Positions 35,371-45,900 of a stretch of 64,000 nucleotides of DNA are shown one piece after another. The translations under genes were made by a program, and so were the position numbers. The stretch comes from Candidatus Shapirobacteria bacterium. GTDB taxonomy: Bacteria > Patescibacteriota > Microgenomatia > UBA12405. Position 1 is the stretch's first letter; the number at the start of each line of letters is the position of its first letter. The notes under the pieces were generated by a model. That model was not told the DNA's origin, did not search any database, and worked only from the letters and a program-made list of their open reading frames with translations. Location: contig JALHFY010000001.1 in the NCBI GenBank assembly GCA_022837635.1, positions 160,136 through 224,135 of the forward strand. The letters are read 5' to 3'.

Positions 35371-37099
35371 ATTTTTTACTAGTAATAATTATACCGCCTA
35401 AAGTGAGGATTATCAGACTGAGAATGATAAGTGTCCCTAGATTAATAAAATGAGGTAGATAAAGCAAGTTAGTGTTACTTTGACGATCTTCGCTATTTTT
35501 CAAAATAACTTTGATTTTTTGATAGTCAGGAGATAAGGTTTTCCAAAAACTCATTTTTGGTAGAGGTAGAGAGGAAGTGGAATAAGGGAGGATGGTGTCT
35601 AAATTATGGGTGTAGTTTAGGTTAGGGATGGAAAGATGAAGACCTTTAATGATATTAGGAGTGGGATTTTCTAGAAGGAGTTGATTATTTTTAAGAGAGA
35701 CTTGAGGTAGAGGTTGTTGACTAATAAGTTCTTCTTTAGCAAAAGTAATTTCAATGGATTTAGAGCCGTCAAGGGGAGGATAAGCGCCTGGAGGTAGAGG
35801 TTGTTGACTATCAAGTCCATGAGTAACAAAGGTAATATGATTGAGATCAAGGTTATCAAAATAATCGATACCTTCAGTAGTTTTTCCCCAAGTAGGATCA
35901 ATGGCTACCCATTGTTGTTTGGAAGAATCATAATATTCTGGCCAAGCATGAAGAATGTCGCCTTCGTCACCTACTGGTTTCATTTTAGGGTTGTTGGTAT
36001 AAGCAAAACCTTGGATTTCTCGAGCAGGAATTTTTTGTTGTCGAGCTAGGGTGATAAAAAGATCGGTAAATTCGGTACAAAGTGCGTTTTTAGGGTCATC
36101 AATAGCAGTTAAGGCACCTAAACGTCCGACTGAGGAATTAAAGCGGTCATAATTATAATCTAGAGTGTTGATAACGTAGTCATAGGTGGATTTAGGACCG
36201 GAAAGATTTTGGCTAATGGTAGCAAGTTTTGGATCAGAAACTGGCCAAAAAGTTTGGTCACGAAGATAGGGCTCAGGATTTGCTAAAGAAGAACCTAAAT
36301 TTAGTCCGGTTTTAACCTGTCCTGAGGCGATAATATTTAGTTCTTGACCGGCTTTAAGTTGATAGGTAGCCAACCAATTACCATCGGCATCAGGATAAAT
36401 GTTTTGTGGAGGTGGGTCGATTTGACGATAAAAGACAGCTTGATTATGAGTGTCCGGAATGATGGCGATTTCAGCCATAGCGGGAGAGGAATGGTTGTTT
36501 TTTAGAAAATAGCGGAGCTTAAAGTCAAAGAGCTGATAATTTCCTAAAATAATTAAATTAGTCTTGGTATTAGGGTGTTGGGTAAAAGAAATAAGATTTT
36601 GAGAGGATTCATTTTTGAAGGTAACTGGAATAGAGGCAAAAGAAAGAGGGCCGAAACTATCAGGGGTACTAATGTTAATTTCTGAAGATGAATTATCCGA
36701 AATTTGGGGAACAACTATTTCCCAGGTTTTCCCTTTGTGTTTGGCAAAATCTTTGATATGGTAGTTGAGATTAAGGTTATTTTGTTGATTGAGACCAACT
36801 TTGGGGTGATTGAGTTTTAATTTAATTTGGTGATGATAATCATCAGAGTGAAATTCATCCAAGATGTTATTAGTACCATCCGAAGCACTTAGTTTGTCAA
36901 TTTGATAACCACTAATGCTTAATTCATAACCTTGGAGATAAGTTTCAGAATTTAAGTTGGTAATTTGAATTTGGTGATTGACTGTAGCTTGGCCACTATG
37001 GTCAATATTATAATTAATAATCTCTTTGATTGAGTAATTATCATTGGCCAGTAAAGGTTGGGGAAAAAGCAAACTTAGAAATATTAAAAAAAGAAACAT
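35354..37099 (-). CDS. Secreted/membrane-anchored transglutaminase-like (TGc) cysteine protease superfamily protein
   Basis: ALCTEFTDLFITLARQQKIPAREIQGFAY (Cys), HAWPEYYD (His), WVAIDPTWG (Asp); C-terminal TM helix. Confidence 0.6.
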   Translation of the reverse strand: MFLFLIFLSLLFPQPLLANDNYSIKEIINYNIDHSGQATVNHQIQITNLNSETYLQGYELSISGYQIDKLSASDGTNNILDEFHSDDYHHQIKLKLNHPKVGLNQQNNLNLNYHIKDFAKHKGKTWEIVVPQISDNSSSEINISTPDSFGPLSFASIPVTFKNESSQNLISFTQHPNTKTNLIILGNYQLFDFKLRYFLKNNHSSPAMAEIAIIPDTHNQAVFYRQIDPPPQNIYPDADGNWLATYQLKAGQELNIIASGQVKTGLNLGSSLANPEPYLRDQTFWPVSDPKLATISQNLSGPKSTYDYVINTLDYNYDRFNSSVGRLGALTAIDDPKNALCTEFTDLFITLARQQKIPAREIQGFAYTNNPKMKPVGDEGDILHAWPEYYDSSKQQWVAIDPTWGKTTEGIDYFDNLDLNHITFVTHGLDSQQPLPPGAYPPLDGSKSIEITFAKEELISQQPLPQVSLKNNQLLLENPTPNIIKGLHLSIPNLNYTHNLDTILPYSTSSLPLPKMSFWKTLSPDYQKIKVILKNSEDRQSNTNLLYLPHFINLGTLIILSLIILTLGGIIITSKKYEKIS

Positions 37100-37125
37100 A
37101 ATTTAATATTAGCATTAGAAAAAGA

Positions 37126-37153
37126 TTGACTTCGGGTATTGTTCGTGTATTAT
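37126..37153 (+). promoter_or_regulatory. Candidate promoter of lexA (TTGACT-16-TATTAT), possibly leaderless
   Basis: Seen directly; -10 ends 6 nt before ATG 37160; no convincing LexA-box palindrome recognised. Confidence 0.3.
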
Positions 37154-37159
37154 AAAGAC

Positions 37160-37774
37160 ATGCCAGCAATAGTTTATAAAAGACAAAAAGAAATTTTAGA
37201 TTTAATTACTAAATCTATTGATAAATATGGTTATGCACCGACATTAACTGAAATTGCCCAAGATTTGGGATTATCATCACTAGCTACGGTTCATGAACAT
37301 TTGACGGCTTTGGAAAAGAAAGGTCTAATTAGACGCTATCGAGGAGCGGTTAGAGGTATAGAGCTATTAGAAACTGAAAAGAAACAGGAAGACAATGTCG
37401 AATTGCCAGTATTGGGATTTATTGCTTGTGGAGAGCCGATTGAACCATATACGGATCCGAATGCAACCTTGTTGGTGTCTTCATCTTTAGTGAGACCTGG
37501 AGATAAGTCTTTTGTCTTGCAAGCCAAGGGTGATTCAATGATTGATGATGGGATTTTGAATGGTGATTATGTGGTAATCAGAGAACAGGCAGAAGCTAGA
37601 AATGGAGATATTGTAGTGGCAGTGTTAAAGAATGGTTTTGCTACTTTGAAACGTTATTATCAGGAAGCTAATAGAATTCGTTTACAGCCAGCTAATTCAG
37701 CCATGAGTCCGATGTATGTGACCGATGTCAGTATCAGAGGTAAGGTGGTGGCAGTGATTAGACAGTTTAATTAA
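37160..37774 (+). CDS. lexA: LexA repressor
   Basis: Start set at MPAIVYKRQKEILDLI by alignment to E. coli LexA; HTH TLTEIAQDLG; S24 peptidase GDSMIDDGI and catalytic K (VIRQF-proximal). Confidence 0.85.
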   Translation: MPAIVYKRQKEILDLITKSIDKYGYAPTLTEIAQDLGLSSLATVHEHLTALEKKGLIRRYRGAVRGIELLETEKKQEDNVELPVLGFIACGEPIEPYTDPNATLLVSSSLVRPGDKSFVLQAKGDSMIDDGILNGDYVVIREQAEARNGDIVVAVLKNGFATLKRYYQEANRIRLQPANSAMSPMYVTDVSIRGKVVAVIRQFN

Positions 37775-37777
37775 GCG

Positions 37778-38416
37778 ATGCTATACATCATATCGACGCC
37801 TATCGGTAATTTAAGAGATATAACTCTTAGAGCTATCGATATATTGACATATGTCGATATATTGTTGTGTGAAGATACTAGAAAAAGCGGATTGTTGTTA
37901 AAAGAGTTAGGGATTAAAAATAAACCAGAGTTAGTGTCTTTTTATGATGAAGTGGAGGCTCAAAAAATTCCGGAAATAATTAAATGGTTGGAATCAGGAA
38001 AAAAAGTGGGCCTAGTTTCTGATGCCGGTACTCCCCTACTGTCTGATCCGGGGTGGTTATTATTAAAAAGATGTCAGGAGAAGGGTATTCCTTATACGGC
38101 TGTACCGGGGGCAAGTGCAGTTATAAATGGACTGGTATTGTCGGGTTTGCCAATAGGGAGATTTTCTTATTTAGGTTTTTTACCCAAGAAAAGTGGAGAC
38201 AGAAGAAAAATACTAGAACAATATAAAAATATAGAAGGCAGTAAAGTGGTTTACGAGTCGCCATTAAGAGTAGAAAAATTAATTGAGGAAATTAAGGAGA
38301 TTTATGGAGAGAAAACAGAAATTAGAATTGTTCGGGAGATGACTAAAAAATTTGAGGAAGTGAAAAAAAATTGGGACGGGGATACTAGAGGTGAAGTGGT
38401 GGTAGTGTTTATTTAA
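37778..38416 (+). CDS. rsmI: 16S rRNA (cytidine1402-2'-O)-methyltransferase
   Basis: LYIISTPIGNLRDITLRAIDIL, tetrapyrrole-methylase fold motifs GLVSDAGTPLLSDPG. Confidence 0.8.
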   Translation: MLYIISTPIGNLRDITLRAIDILTYVDILLCEDTRKSGLLLKELGIKNKPELVSFYDEVEAQKIPEIIKWLESGKKVGLVSDAGTPLLSDPGWLLLKRCQEKGIPYTAVPGASAVINGLVLSGLPIGRFSYLGFLPKKSGDRRKILEQYKNIEGSKVVYESPLRVEKLIEEIKEIYGEKTEIRIVREMTKKFEEVKKNWDGDTRGEVVVVFI

Positions 38417-40676
38417 GTTTTTTAGCTTCAGCCCAGGCAATAATTTCTCGAGTGCGATCGATAGCATCAGGAGAAACAGAGATAGAAGTAATCCCCCATT
38501 TAACCAATTTTTCAACTAAATCGGGATGGTTGCTAGGGGCCTGTCCACAGATACCGACCATAATGCCGCGTTTTTTAGATTTAACTACCAGTCTTTTGAG
38601 AGACCATAAGACAGCTGGATCTAATTCGTTGAATTCAGTCGCCACTTCTTCATTGTCTCGATCCAGACCGAGGGTAAGCATGGTCAAGTCGTTGCTACCG
38701 ATAGAGATTCCATCAATACCAACGTCAATAAATTTATCTAAAAGAATGACGTTAGTGGGAATTTCAGCCATCATAAATAACTTGAAAGAAGGTGAACGGA
38801 GAAGACCAGCATCAGTAATCAGTTTTTTAACTTTCATTAGTTCTTGAGGGGAACGACAAAAAGGAATCATCAGCCAGAGATTTTTTAGGTTATATTTATT
38901 ACGAACTTTTTTAATGGCTTCCAGTTCCATATTAAAAACATCTGGAGAGTTAATATAACGTATAGCTCCGCGAAATCCTAATAGAGGATTGGGTTCTTCA
39001 GGCTCATAAAGTTTACCCCACTTGAGATAGCGATATTCATTAGTCTTAAAATCAGTGGCGCGGTAAATAACCGGTCGGGGGTTAAAGTTTTTACAAAATT
39101 TAAGAAGACCATTAGTTAATTGATCGATATATTCTTTTTGACGACCTTCCTGAATCATTCTTTTGGGGTGAAGGCCGATATTGGCAATCATAAATTCAGC
39201 TCGGAGTAAACCGACACCGTCGGTGGGACGTTTAGACATTTCTCGAGCCAATTCTGGTTCACCTAAATTGAGATAAAGTTTAGTAGCAGTTTTTTGGACG
39301 GAAGTGCTTTTTTTAGTATTTTTGGAAATAGTAGTAGCGCCACTGTAAATTTTGCCGCTAGTACCATCAACAGTAACTAAATCCCCTTCTTTAATAATTT
39401 TAGTAGCGGTATTAGTACCGACAACACAGGGAACACCTAATTCTCGACTGACGATGGCAGCATGTGAAGTTTGTCCACCTTGATCGGTAACAATACCTTT
39501 GACTTTTTTCATAGCTGGAACAAAGTCAGGAGTAGTCATTTCGGTAACTAAGATTTGACCACTTCGAACTCGTTTAAGTTCTTTAGGATCTTTAATAATT
39601 ACTGCTGGACCAGAACCGGTACCGGGAGAAGCGGCTTGACCTTCGAGAATGGTTTTGAGATGACTATCGATTTGGGTTTGTGAATCGAGACTTTTTTGAC
39701 TGGTGGCAACAGTAGTAATAGGTCGAGTTTGGACAAAATAGAGTTTATTTTTTTCGATAGCAAATTCAATGTCTTGAGAGCGGCCGTAGTGATTATGTAA
39801 TTTTTGGGCGGTCTTGGCGATTTTCAAAACCATGTTTTTGTCTATTTTAGTGCGATTTTGTTTATACTTAGGGACAGCGGTTTCCTTGTTACCATCTTCA
39901 AAGCGAGTTAGTTGGATTTTTTGAGGAACGTGATTTTCAAATTTTATACTCCAATTGCTTTTATCGACAATGTGTTGGTCGGGGGTGACAATACCTTGGA
40001 CAATATACTCCCCTAGTCCCCAAATAGTTTCAATGACAATTTCATTTTTATTGTTGTTGACTGGATTGATGGTAAAACAAATACCGGAAATTTCGCTTTG
40101 AACCATTTTTTGAACAGGAACGGCAACACCAATTTTGAAGTGATTGTATTTATTTTTGACTTGGTAAAAGAGAGAGCGAGAAGTAAAAAGGCTGGACCAA
40201 CAGGCTCTAACTCGGTCAACAACATTAGTTTCTCCAATTACATTAAGAAAAGTATCACCTTGACCAGCAAAGGAGGCGTCAGGACTATCCTCGGCGGTGG
40301 CGGAGGTACGGACAGCTACAGGCACGTTTTTAAGACCACCATAGTCACAAAGTTTTTTATAAGCAGACATGATGTCGAGAGCAATATCTTCTGGCACTGG
40401 AGCACTTTTAATCATTTTTCTGATTTTGGCTGAGGATTTATTGAGTTCTTCGGGGTTGTCGACATTAGTGATATCTAAAATGGCTTTAATTTTAGGTTTA
40501 AGACCATTACTATCGATAAATTTGAAATAAGCGTGAGTGGTGGTACAAAAACCATTGGGGACCGGAATGCCGTTGTTGTACATTTCCCCCAAGTTTCCAC
40601 CTTTACCTCCAACTATAGGAACATCATCAAAGTGAATATCCTTAAACCATAGAAGATTAACTTTGTTTTTGCTCAT
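38409..40676 (-). CDS. ppsA: Phosphoenolpyruvate synthase (PEP-utilising enzyme family)
   Basis: 755 aa; ATP-grasp N-terminal GGKGGNLGEM, phosphohistidine GGQTSHAAIVSRELGVPCVVG, C-terminal PEP-binding TIM barrel. Confidence 0.75.
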   Translation of the reverse strand: MSKNKVNLLWFKDIHFDDVPIVGGKGGNLGEMYNNGIPVPNGFCTTTHAYFKFIDSNGLKPKIKAILDITNVDNPEELNKSSAKIRKMIKSAPVPEDIALDIMSAYKKLCDYGGLKNVPVAVRTSATAEDSPDASFAGQGDTFLNVIGETNVVDRVRACWSSLFTSRSLFYQVKNKYNHFKIGVAVPVQKMVQSEISGICFTINPVNNNKNEIVIETIWGLGEYIVQGIVTPDQHIVDKSNWSIKFENHVPQKIQLTRFEDGNKETAVPKYKQNRTKIDKNMVLKIAKTAQKLHNHYGRSQDIEFAIEKNKLYFVQTRPITTVATSQKSLDSQTQIDSHLKTILEGQAASPGTGSGPAVIIKDPKELKRVRSGQILVTEMTTPDFVPAMKKVKGIVTDQGGQTSHAAIVSRELGVPCVVGTNTATKIIKEGDLVTVDGTSGKIYSGATTISKNTKKSTSVQKTATKLYLNLGEPELAREMSKRPTDGVGLLRAEFMIANIGLHPKRMIQEGRQKEYIDQLTNGLLKFCKNFNPRPVIYRATDFKTNEYRYLKWGKLYEPEEPNPLLGFRGAIRYINSPDVFNMELEAIKKVRNKYNLKNLWLMIPFCRSPQELMKVKKLITDAGLLRSPSFKLFMMAEIPTNVILLDKFIDVGIDGISIGSNDLTMLTLGLDRDNEEVATEFNELDPAVLWSLKRLVVKSKKRGIMVGICGQAPSNHPDLVEKLVKWGITSISVSPDAIDRTREIIAWAEAKKLK

Positions 40677-41074
40677 TTACTCTCCCAACCCCGATTTGGA
40701 GTATTTCTAAGCGCTTCGTTTTCATCAGGACGTTGACTATCATCTTGAAGTCTATAGGTGGTTCCAGTTTCTGGGGTAGAGGCTTCAAAGAGTTGACAAT
40801 CGGTAACAGCTTGAAAACGATGAACAGTATTAATGGGAATAGTGTAGCCGCGAAGTGGTTGCATGGCTTCGGTTTTAAGCTCATCTTGGTTTGGTCCCCA
40901 AATGATGTTGCATTCGCCGGAAAAGAGACAGAGAGTTTCTAATTTTTGATCGTGGTACTGGAGAGAAACACGTTTACCAGCTTTGATTTCCAGGATTTTG
41001 GCGGCATAAGGGGAATCGGGAGTGGTAAGAATAATTTCCCGACCCCAGGGTTTGTCAATGATTTGGGCAGTCAT
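40673..41074 (-). CDS. Cupin protein, mannose-6-phosphate isomerase type II cupin-like
   Basis: DKPWGREI, SLQYHDQKLETLCLFSGE (cf. sLQyHhhRsEhWiVv). Confidence 0.55.
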   Translation of the reverse strand: MTAQIIDKPWGREIILTTPDSPYAAKILEIKAGKRVSLQYHDQKLETLCLFSGECNIIWGPNQDELKTEAMQPLRGYTIPINTVHRFQAVTDCQLFEASTPETGTTYRLQDDSQRPDENEALRNTPNRGWESK

Positions 41075-41091
41075 ATAAAAATGATAACATT

Positions 41092-41712
41092 TTACTGCAT
41101 GAGTGTGAGCATCAATCTTTCCAGAGCCATTTCTTTAGGTTCAAAGAGGCGACCACTTTTGGATTTGTAATCAATATCGATAAGTTGGAGATAGGCATTT
41201 TTGAGTTTATTTTCAGGGAACTTTGAAAAGGTGGTTAATTGTCGACGGAGAGTGTTTTTGAACCAAAACATGATTAATTCGAAAGGGAGATGTGATAAAA
41301 GTTGTTGATATTTTTGAGAAAAATCTTTGGCATTACCAGGACGAAGGGAGTTAAGACAACTAAAAAGCATTTCCGGGAGGCTAAAGAGCTTGATTTCGGC
41401 GTTGGGGAAAAGTTTAAGTTTGGCGGCTTCAATTTTTTTAGATTGCCAGAAAAGATAGGTAAAATTAGGATATTGATTAATTAATTTAACCGCTTTGTCA
41501 AAATTATTTTTTAAGAGTGAAAAAAAATTTTCAATAATAATGACTTTGTCTTCGGAAAAAAGAGAAGCAGTACTTAAAAAACGATCAAAAGAATCCAGAT
41601 CAAAGGCTTTGGTATCACTCTTAAATTTTTGAGCAGACTTAAACTCGTCGATTTTAAGGCTAAAGTTTTGATAACTGGTAGCCGTATCATCACCGTGGAA
41701 AATGTAAATCAT
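41092..41712 (-). CDS. holA: DNA polymerase III delta subunit-like (short)
   Basis: Start moved to MIYIFHGDD (ORF-track N-terminus runs over tRNA-Glu); delta N-domain-like pattern. Confidence 0.4.
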   Translation of the reverse strand: MIYIFHGDDTATSYQNFSLKIDEFKSAQKFKSDTKAFDLDSFDRFLSTASLFSEDKVIIIENFFSLLKNNFDKAVKLINQYPNFTYLFWQSKKIEAAKLKLFPNAEIKLFSLPEMLFSCLNSLRPGNAKDFSQKYQQLLSHLPFELIMFWFKNTLRRQLTTFSKFPENKLKNAYLQLIDIDYKSKSGRLFEPKEMALERLMLTLMQ

Positions 41713-41714
41713 GG

Positions 41715-41791
41715 TGGTGACCCCGGAGGGAGTCGAACCCTCGATTGCCTGGATGAAAGCCAGGAGTCCTAGGCCACTAGACGACGGGGCC
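41715..41791 (-). tRNA. tRNA-Glu(TTC), CCA encoded
   Basis: Acceptor GGCCCCG/CGGGGTC, anticodon stem CCTGG/CCAGG loop CTTTCAT. Confidence 0.8.
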
Positions 41792-41828
41792 AAATACAAG
41801 GTATTTTACCAAAGATATGTTGATTTGC

Positions 41829-42449
41829 CTATTTGGAGCGTGAGAAGAGCTTAAGAAGAGTAAATCCTGCAAGAATAAAGACCAAAGAGATTATTTGAGC
41901 GATTTTAAGAGAGTTGATTTGCCAAGTATCGGATCTAAAGGATTCAAAGAAAAAACGAATAGTGCCATAACCAATGAGATATAAAGCGGTAGAGCTGTAG
42001 TGTTTGAGAGTTTTAGATTTTAGGATGAAGAATAAAAATAGATTCAGACTGGCCTCAAACCACCAGAGAGAAATTTCACCATTGACAAAATTACCTAAAC
42101 GACCAAGAGCTTGACAGAGGGGTAAAATAGGAGTGATAGAGTCAGTGATTTCTAAAAAAGAAATTTTGTAGTAGCGAGAAAAAAGAAAGATAAACAAGAT
42201 AGCGCCTAAAATGGCACCATAGATTCCCAATCCCCCGTTCCAGGTGGCTAAAATTTGAGAGGGATGTTGAGAATAATAATCCCATTGATCAGTCACGTGA
42301 TAAAGACGAGAACAGAGAATGGCAAAAAACAATAATCCGACAATAAAAAGATTTACCCTGTTTTTCGGGATAACTGTTTGATGACGGGAAAAATAATCAA
42401 TACCAATGATAATGGCGATACCAATAATCAGGCCGTAGAAATGAATCAA
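41829..42449 (-). CDS. lgt: Prolipoprotein diacylglyceryl transferase
   Basis: Lgt signature GRLGNFVNGE; polytopic; TTG start abutting tRNA-Lys. Confidence 0.75.
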   Translation of the reverse strand: MIHFYGLIIGIAIIIGIDYFSRHQTVIPKNRVNLFIVGLLFFAILCSRLYHVTDQWDYYSQHPSQILATWNGGLGIYGAILGAILFIFLFSRYYKISFLEITDSITPILPLCQALGRLGNFVNGEISLWWFEASLNLFLFFILKSKTLKHYSSTALYLIGYGTIRFFFESFRSDTWQINSLKIAQIISLVFILAGFTLLKLFSRSK

Positions 42450-42450
42450 G

Positions 42451-42523
42451 TGGGTCCTGCGGGACTCGAACCCGCGACCAATTGCTTAAAAGGCAACTGC
42501 TCTACCGACTGAGCTAAAGACCC
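42451..42523 (-). tRNA. tRNA-Lys(TTT)
   Basis: Acceptor GGGTCTT/AGGACCC, anticodon loop CTTTTAA. Confidence 0.8.
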
Positions 42524-42546
42524 AAATTGTGAAATCTAATTGTTAA

Positions 42547-42858
42547 TTAGATAGTGCGAGCGTGGGGTTGTCTGAGAAAATAAAGTTTGGCCCGACGTAG
42601 TGTCCTTTTGGGACCTCGCATTTTTTTAATAGAATCAATCCAAGGAGAATTTAGGGGAAAGATTCTTTCAACTCTAACACCGTCGGAAGCTTTTTTGGTT
42701 ACCAGGAAGTTTTTATTATCTCCCCTACCGGTGATAGACATAATGATGCCATCAAAGGCCTGAAGTCGTTCTTTATCTTTTTCTTTGATTTTGTAAAGGA
42801 CTTTGACAGTATCGCCGACATGATATTCGGTGTCCTGGTAGTTGAATTTGATGGCCAT
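42547..42858 (-). CDS. rplS: 50S ribosomal protein L19
   Basis: 103 aa; HVGDTVKV..., RRAKLYFLR. Confidence 0.9.
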   Translation of the reverse strand: MAIKFNYQDTEYHVGDTVKVLYKIKEKDKERLQAFDGIIMSITGRGDNKNFLVTKKASDGVRVERIFPLNSPWIDSIKKMRGPKRTLRRAKLYFLRQPHARTI

Positions 42859-42913
42859 GTGTAATTAAAAGAATGTGTAAACTTTGGTATTTTATATTAA
42901 AACACAATTCTTA

Positions 42914-45900
42914 TCAAGAATGTTTGAGAAGTTTTTGGATTTTAGCTTCTAAATCAGAATTGTAATGCACTCCGTAAGTAAGTTTGATTTCTTTTTTATT
43001 AGGTAGAACAATAAGACCTCGATGGCCGTTGGGATGGTTTTTTAGAAGTCGGTCCAATTCCATAAGAGTGGAGGCAGAGGTGCCTTCCGGAATATCGATA
43101 ATAAAATCATAGGCAGAAACATTTTTAGGTAAAGTTTCTGATAACATATCGACCAGAACCGATATGACATTATCTCTCAGCGAAATTTTACCTTCGACAA
43201 AGAGTCCTTTGTTTTCTTCAAGTAGATTTTTGAAAGCCATATAGGCTTTAGGGAAAACGACAGCTTCGATTTGTTCTTGTCCATCATCAAAGGTAACAAA
43301 GGCCATAGCGGAATTATCTTTTTTAGTATGGATAATTTTGAACTTTTGAACTACAGCAGCAAATTTGACAGTATCATTTTGTTTTTTAGTTTTAATTTCG
43401 GCAATGTTGTCTAAAAGAGCGTGACGGAAGGGTGAAAGAATTTTATGAATAGGATTTTCGGTAATATAAATACCTAAGAGGGTTTTTTCTTGAGCCAGAC
43501 GTTCTTTTTCAGGCATGGCTTCAACTTGAGGAAAGACATCTTCAGGGATTAGATGAGGGGTGTCAGTGGAATCAAAGAGACCAAATTGACCAGAGTTTTT
43601 TTTATCATTTAGTTTACTGGAACGATTTCTAATTTCATCCATACCAGCAAGAATCGCGTTTCTTTCACCGAAACTATCAAAGGCACCGACTTTGATTAGA
43701 CTCTCTAAAACTTTTTTATTAACTTTTTGACCACTGACTCTAAGACAGAAGTCGGTAAAACTTTGAAAGGGGCCATTTTTATTTCTTTCTTCAATAATCA
43801 AATCAATAGCAATATTACCGACATTTTTGATAGCTGAAAGACCGACTCTAATAGCCATAGATTCCAGAGATTGGTCATTTTTTTCAAATTCAAAGCCTTT
43901 TTGAGAAAAATTAATGTCGGGAGGTAGAACAATAATCCCCATTTTTCGGCATTCTTCAACGCCTGCCGCCACTTTTTCGAGATCGTCAGCCTCGGCAGTA
44001 AGTAAGGCACACATGTATTCAACGGGATAATTGGCCTTCATGTAAGCAGTGCGGTAAGCCAACATTCCATAAGAGGCAGCATGGGCTTTATTGAAACCAT
44101 AAGAAGTAAAGGGTTCGATGAGCTTAAAAATTTCTTCGGCTTTTTTTTGAGTGTAGCCGTTAGTGACACAACCGGAAATAAATTTTTCTTTTTGAGCAGC
44201 CATTTCTTCGGGGATTTTCTTACCGATAGCCTTTCTAAATTTGTCAACTTCAACCCAGTTGTAGCCAGCTAATTCAATGGCGGTATATAAACAGTCATCT
44301 TGGTATACCAACAAACCATAAGAGGCTTTAAGAATATCTTTCATTTTAGGGTCAAAATATTCGATTTTACTGGGATCTTTTTTACGGGCGATATATTCAG
44401 GAATAATAGCCATAGGACCAGGACGATAGAGAGCCACCATAGCCATTAAATCTTCAACTCGGTTGGGTTGAAGTTCTTTGAGCCATTTGGTCATGCCCTC
44501 ACCGCTAAGTTGAAAGACTCCCATAGTGTCACCTCGGGATAACATTTCAAAAGTTTTTTTATCGTCCAAAGGGATTTTTTTCAGGTTAACCTCAATACCC
44601 TGATTTTTGCGGACATTAATAACGGCTTGACGCAGGAAGGAAAGATTTCTGATTCCCAAGATATCAAATTTAATTAGACCAATATCTTCACAAGCGTGCA
44701 TTTCGTATTGAGTAATTGGTTTTTCCCCACCGGATTCAGTTTGAATAGGTGAAAAATCTTGAACAGTAGTAGGAGAAATAACGATAGCACAGGCATGAAC
44801 TGAAATATGACGGGCACAACCTTCAATTTGACGGGCAGTATCCATAATTTTTTTGGAGTCTGGGTCAGTGTCGTAGAGTTGTTTTAATTCTGGAGTAATA
44901 TTGAGGGCTTTATCGATACTCATAGGAAAACCTTGAGAGCCAAGAGGAATGAGTTTACTGATTTTGTCGCCAACAGCATATTCATAACCTAAAACACGAG
45001 CGGTATCACGGACGGCACCACGAGCCATCATTCGACCGAAGGTGCAGATTTGAGCAAAAGAATCTTCACCATATTGTTGGATGATATGAAAAAGCATACT
45101 TTGACGCTGGTCGTCAGCAATATCGAGGTCAATATCTGGAGGTGAAGGGCGATCCCGATTAAGGAAACGTTCAAAAGGAAGACCGTAAACTAGAGGGTCA
45201 ACAGAGACGATACCTAAAACATAGGAAACTAGGGAACCACCGGCACTACCCCGAGTGTTGGTGGGAGTGTCATTTTTCTCACACCAAAGGATAAAGTCGT
45301 GCATGATTAAAAAGTAAGCAGCATAGCCTTTGGAGCAAATAATTTCGAGTTCATATTCGAGACGCTCGGTGATTTCAGGGGAAAGTTTTTGACCGTAAAT
45401 TTCTTTGGCACCGGCAAAAACTTTTTGTCTCAAGGCTTCTTCGGCGGTCAAATTGGGAGGTAGTTTGAATTTAGGAAAGTACCATTTACCGAGTTCAATA
45501 TTAAGATCACATTTATCAGCAATTTTTTGTGTATTGTCAATAGCTTCGGGATAATCACTAAAAAGTTTAGTCATTTCCTGAGGTGATTTGACGTAAAAAT
45601 CGGGAGTATTGACCATGGTTAAGCGGTTTTGATCATTGATGGTGGTTTGAGTATTGATCATCATCAATACGTCCTGAGCAAAGGCATCTTCTGGTTTAAG
45701 GTAGTGGCAATCATTGGTGGCGACTAAAGGAATACCTAATTCTCGACTGATTTTGATGATACCGGCGTTGGCTTGTTCTTGTTCTTCAATTCCGGGATGA
45801 CGTTGAATTTCCAGATAATAATCGTCAGCAAATAGTTTTTGAAAACGGGCGGCAGTTTCTTTGGCTTTGTCATACTTATCTTCAAGAATTTCAGCAGCGA

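Noticed and set aside
37100-37159. Canonical LexA box (CTGT-N8-ACAG, GAAC-N4-GTTC or GTTC-N7-GTTC) in the lexA promoter
   Set aside because: Only half-sites (GAAC on the minus strand) and a weak dyad are present. I could not support an operator call.
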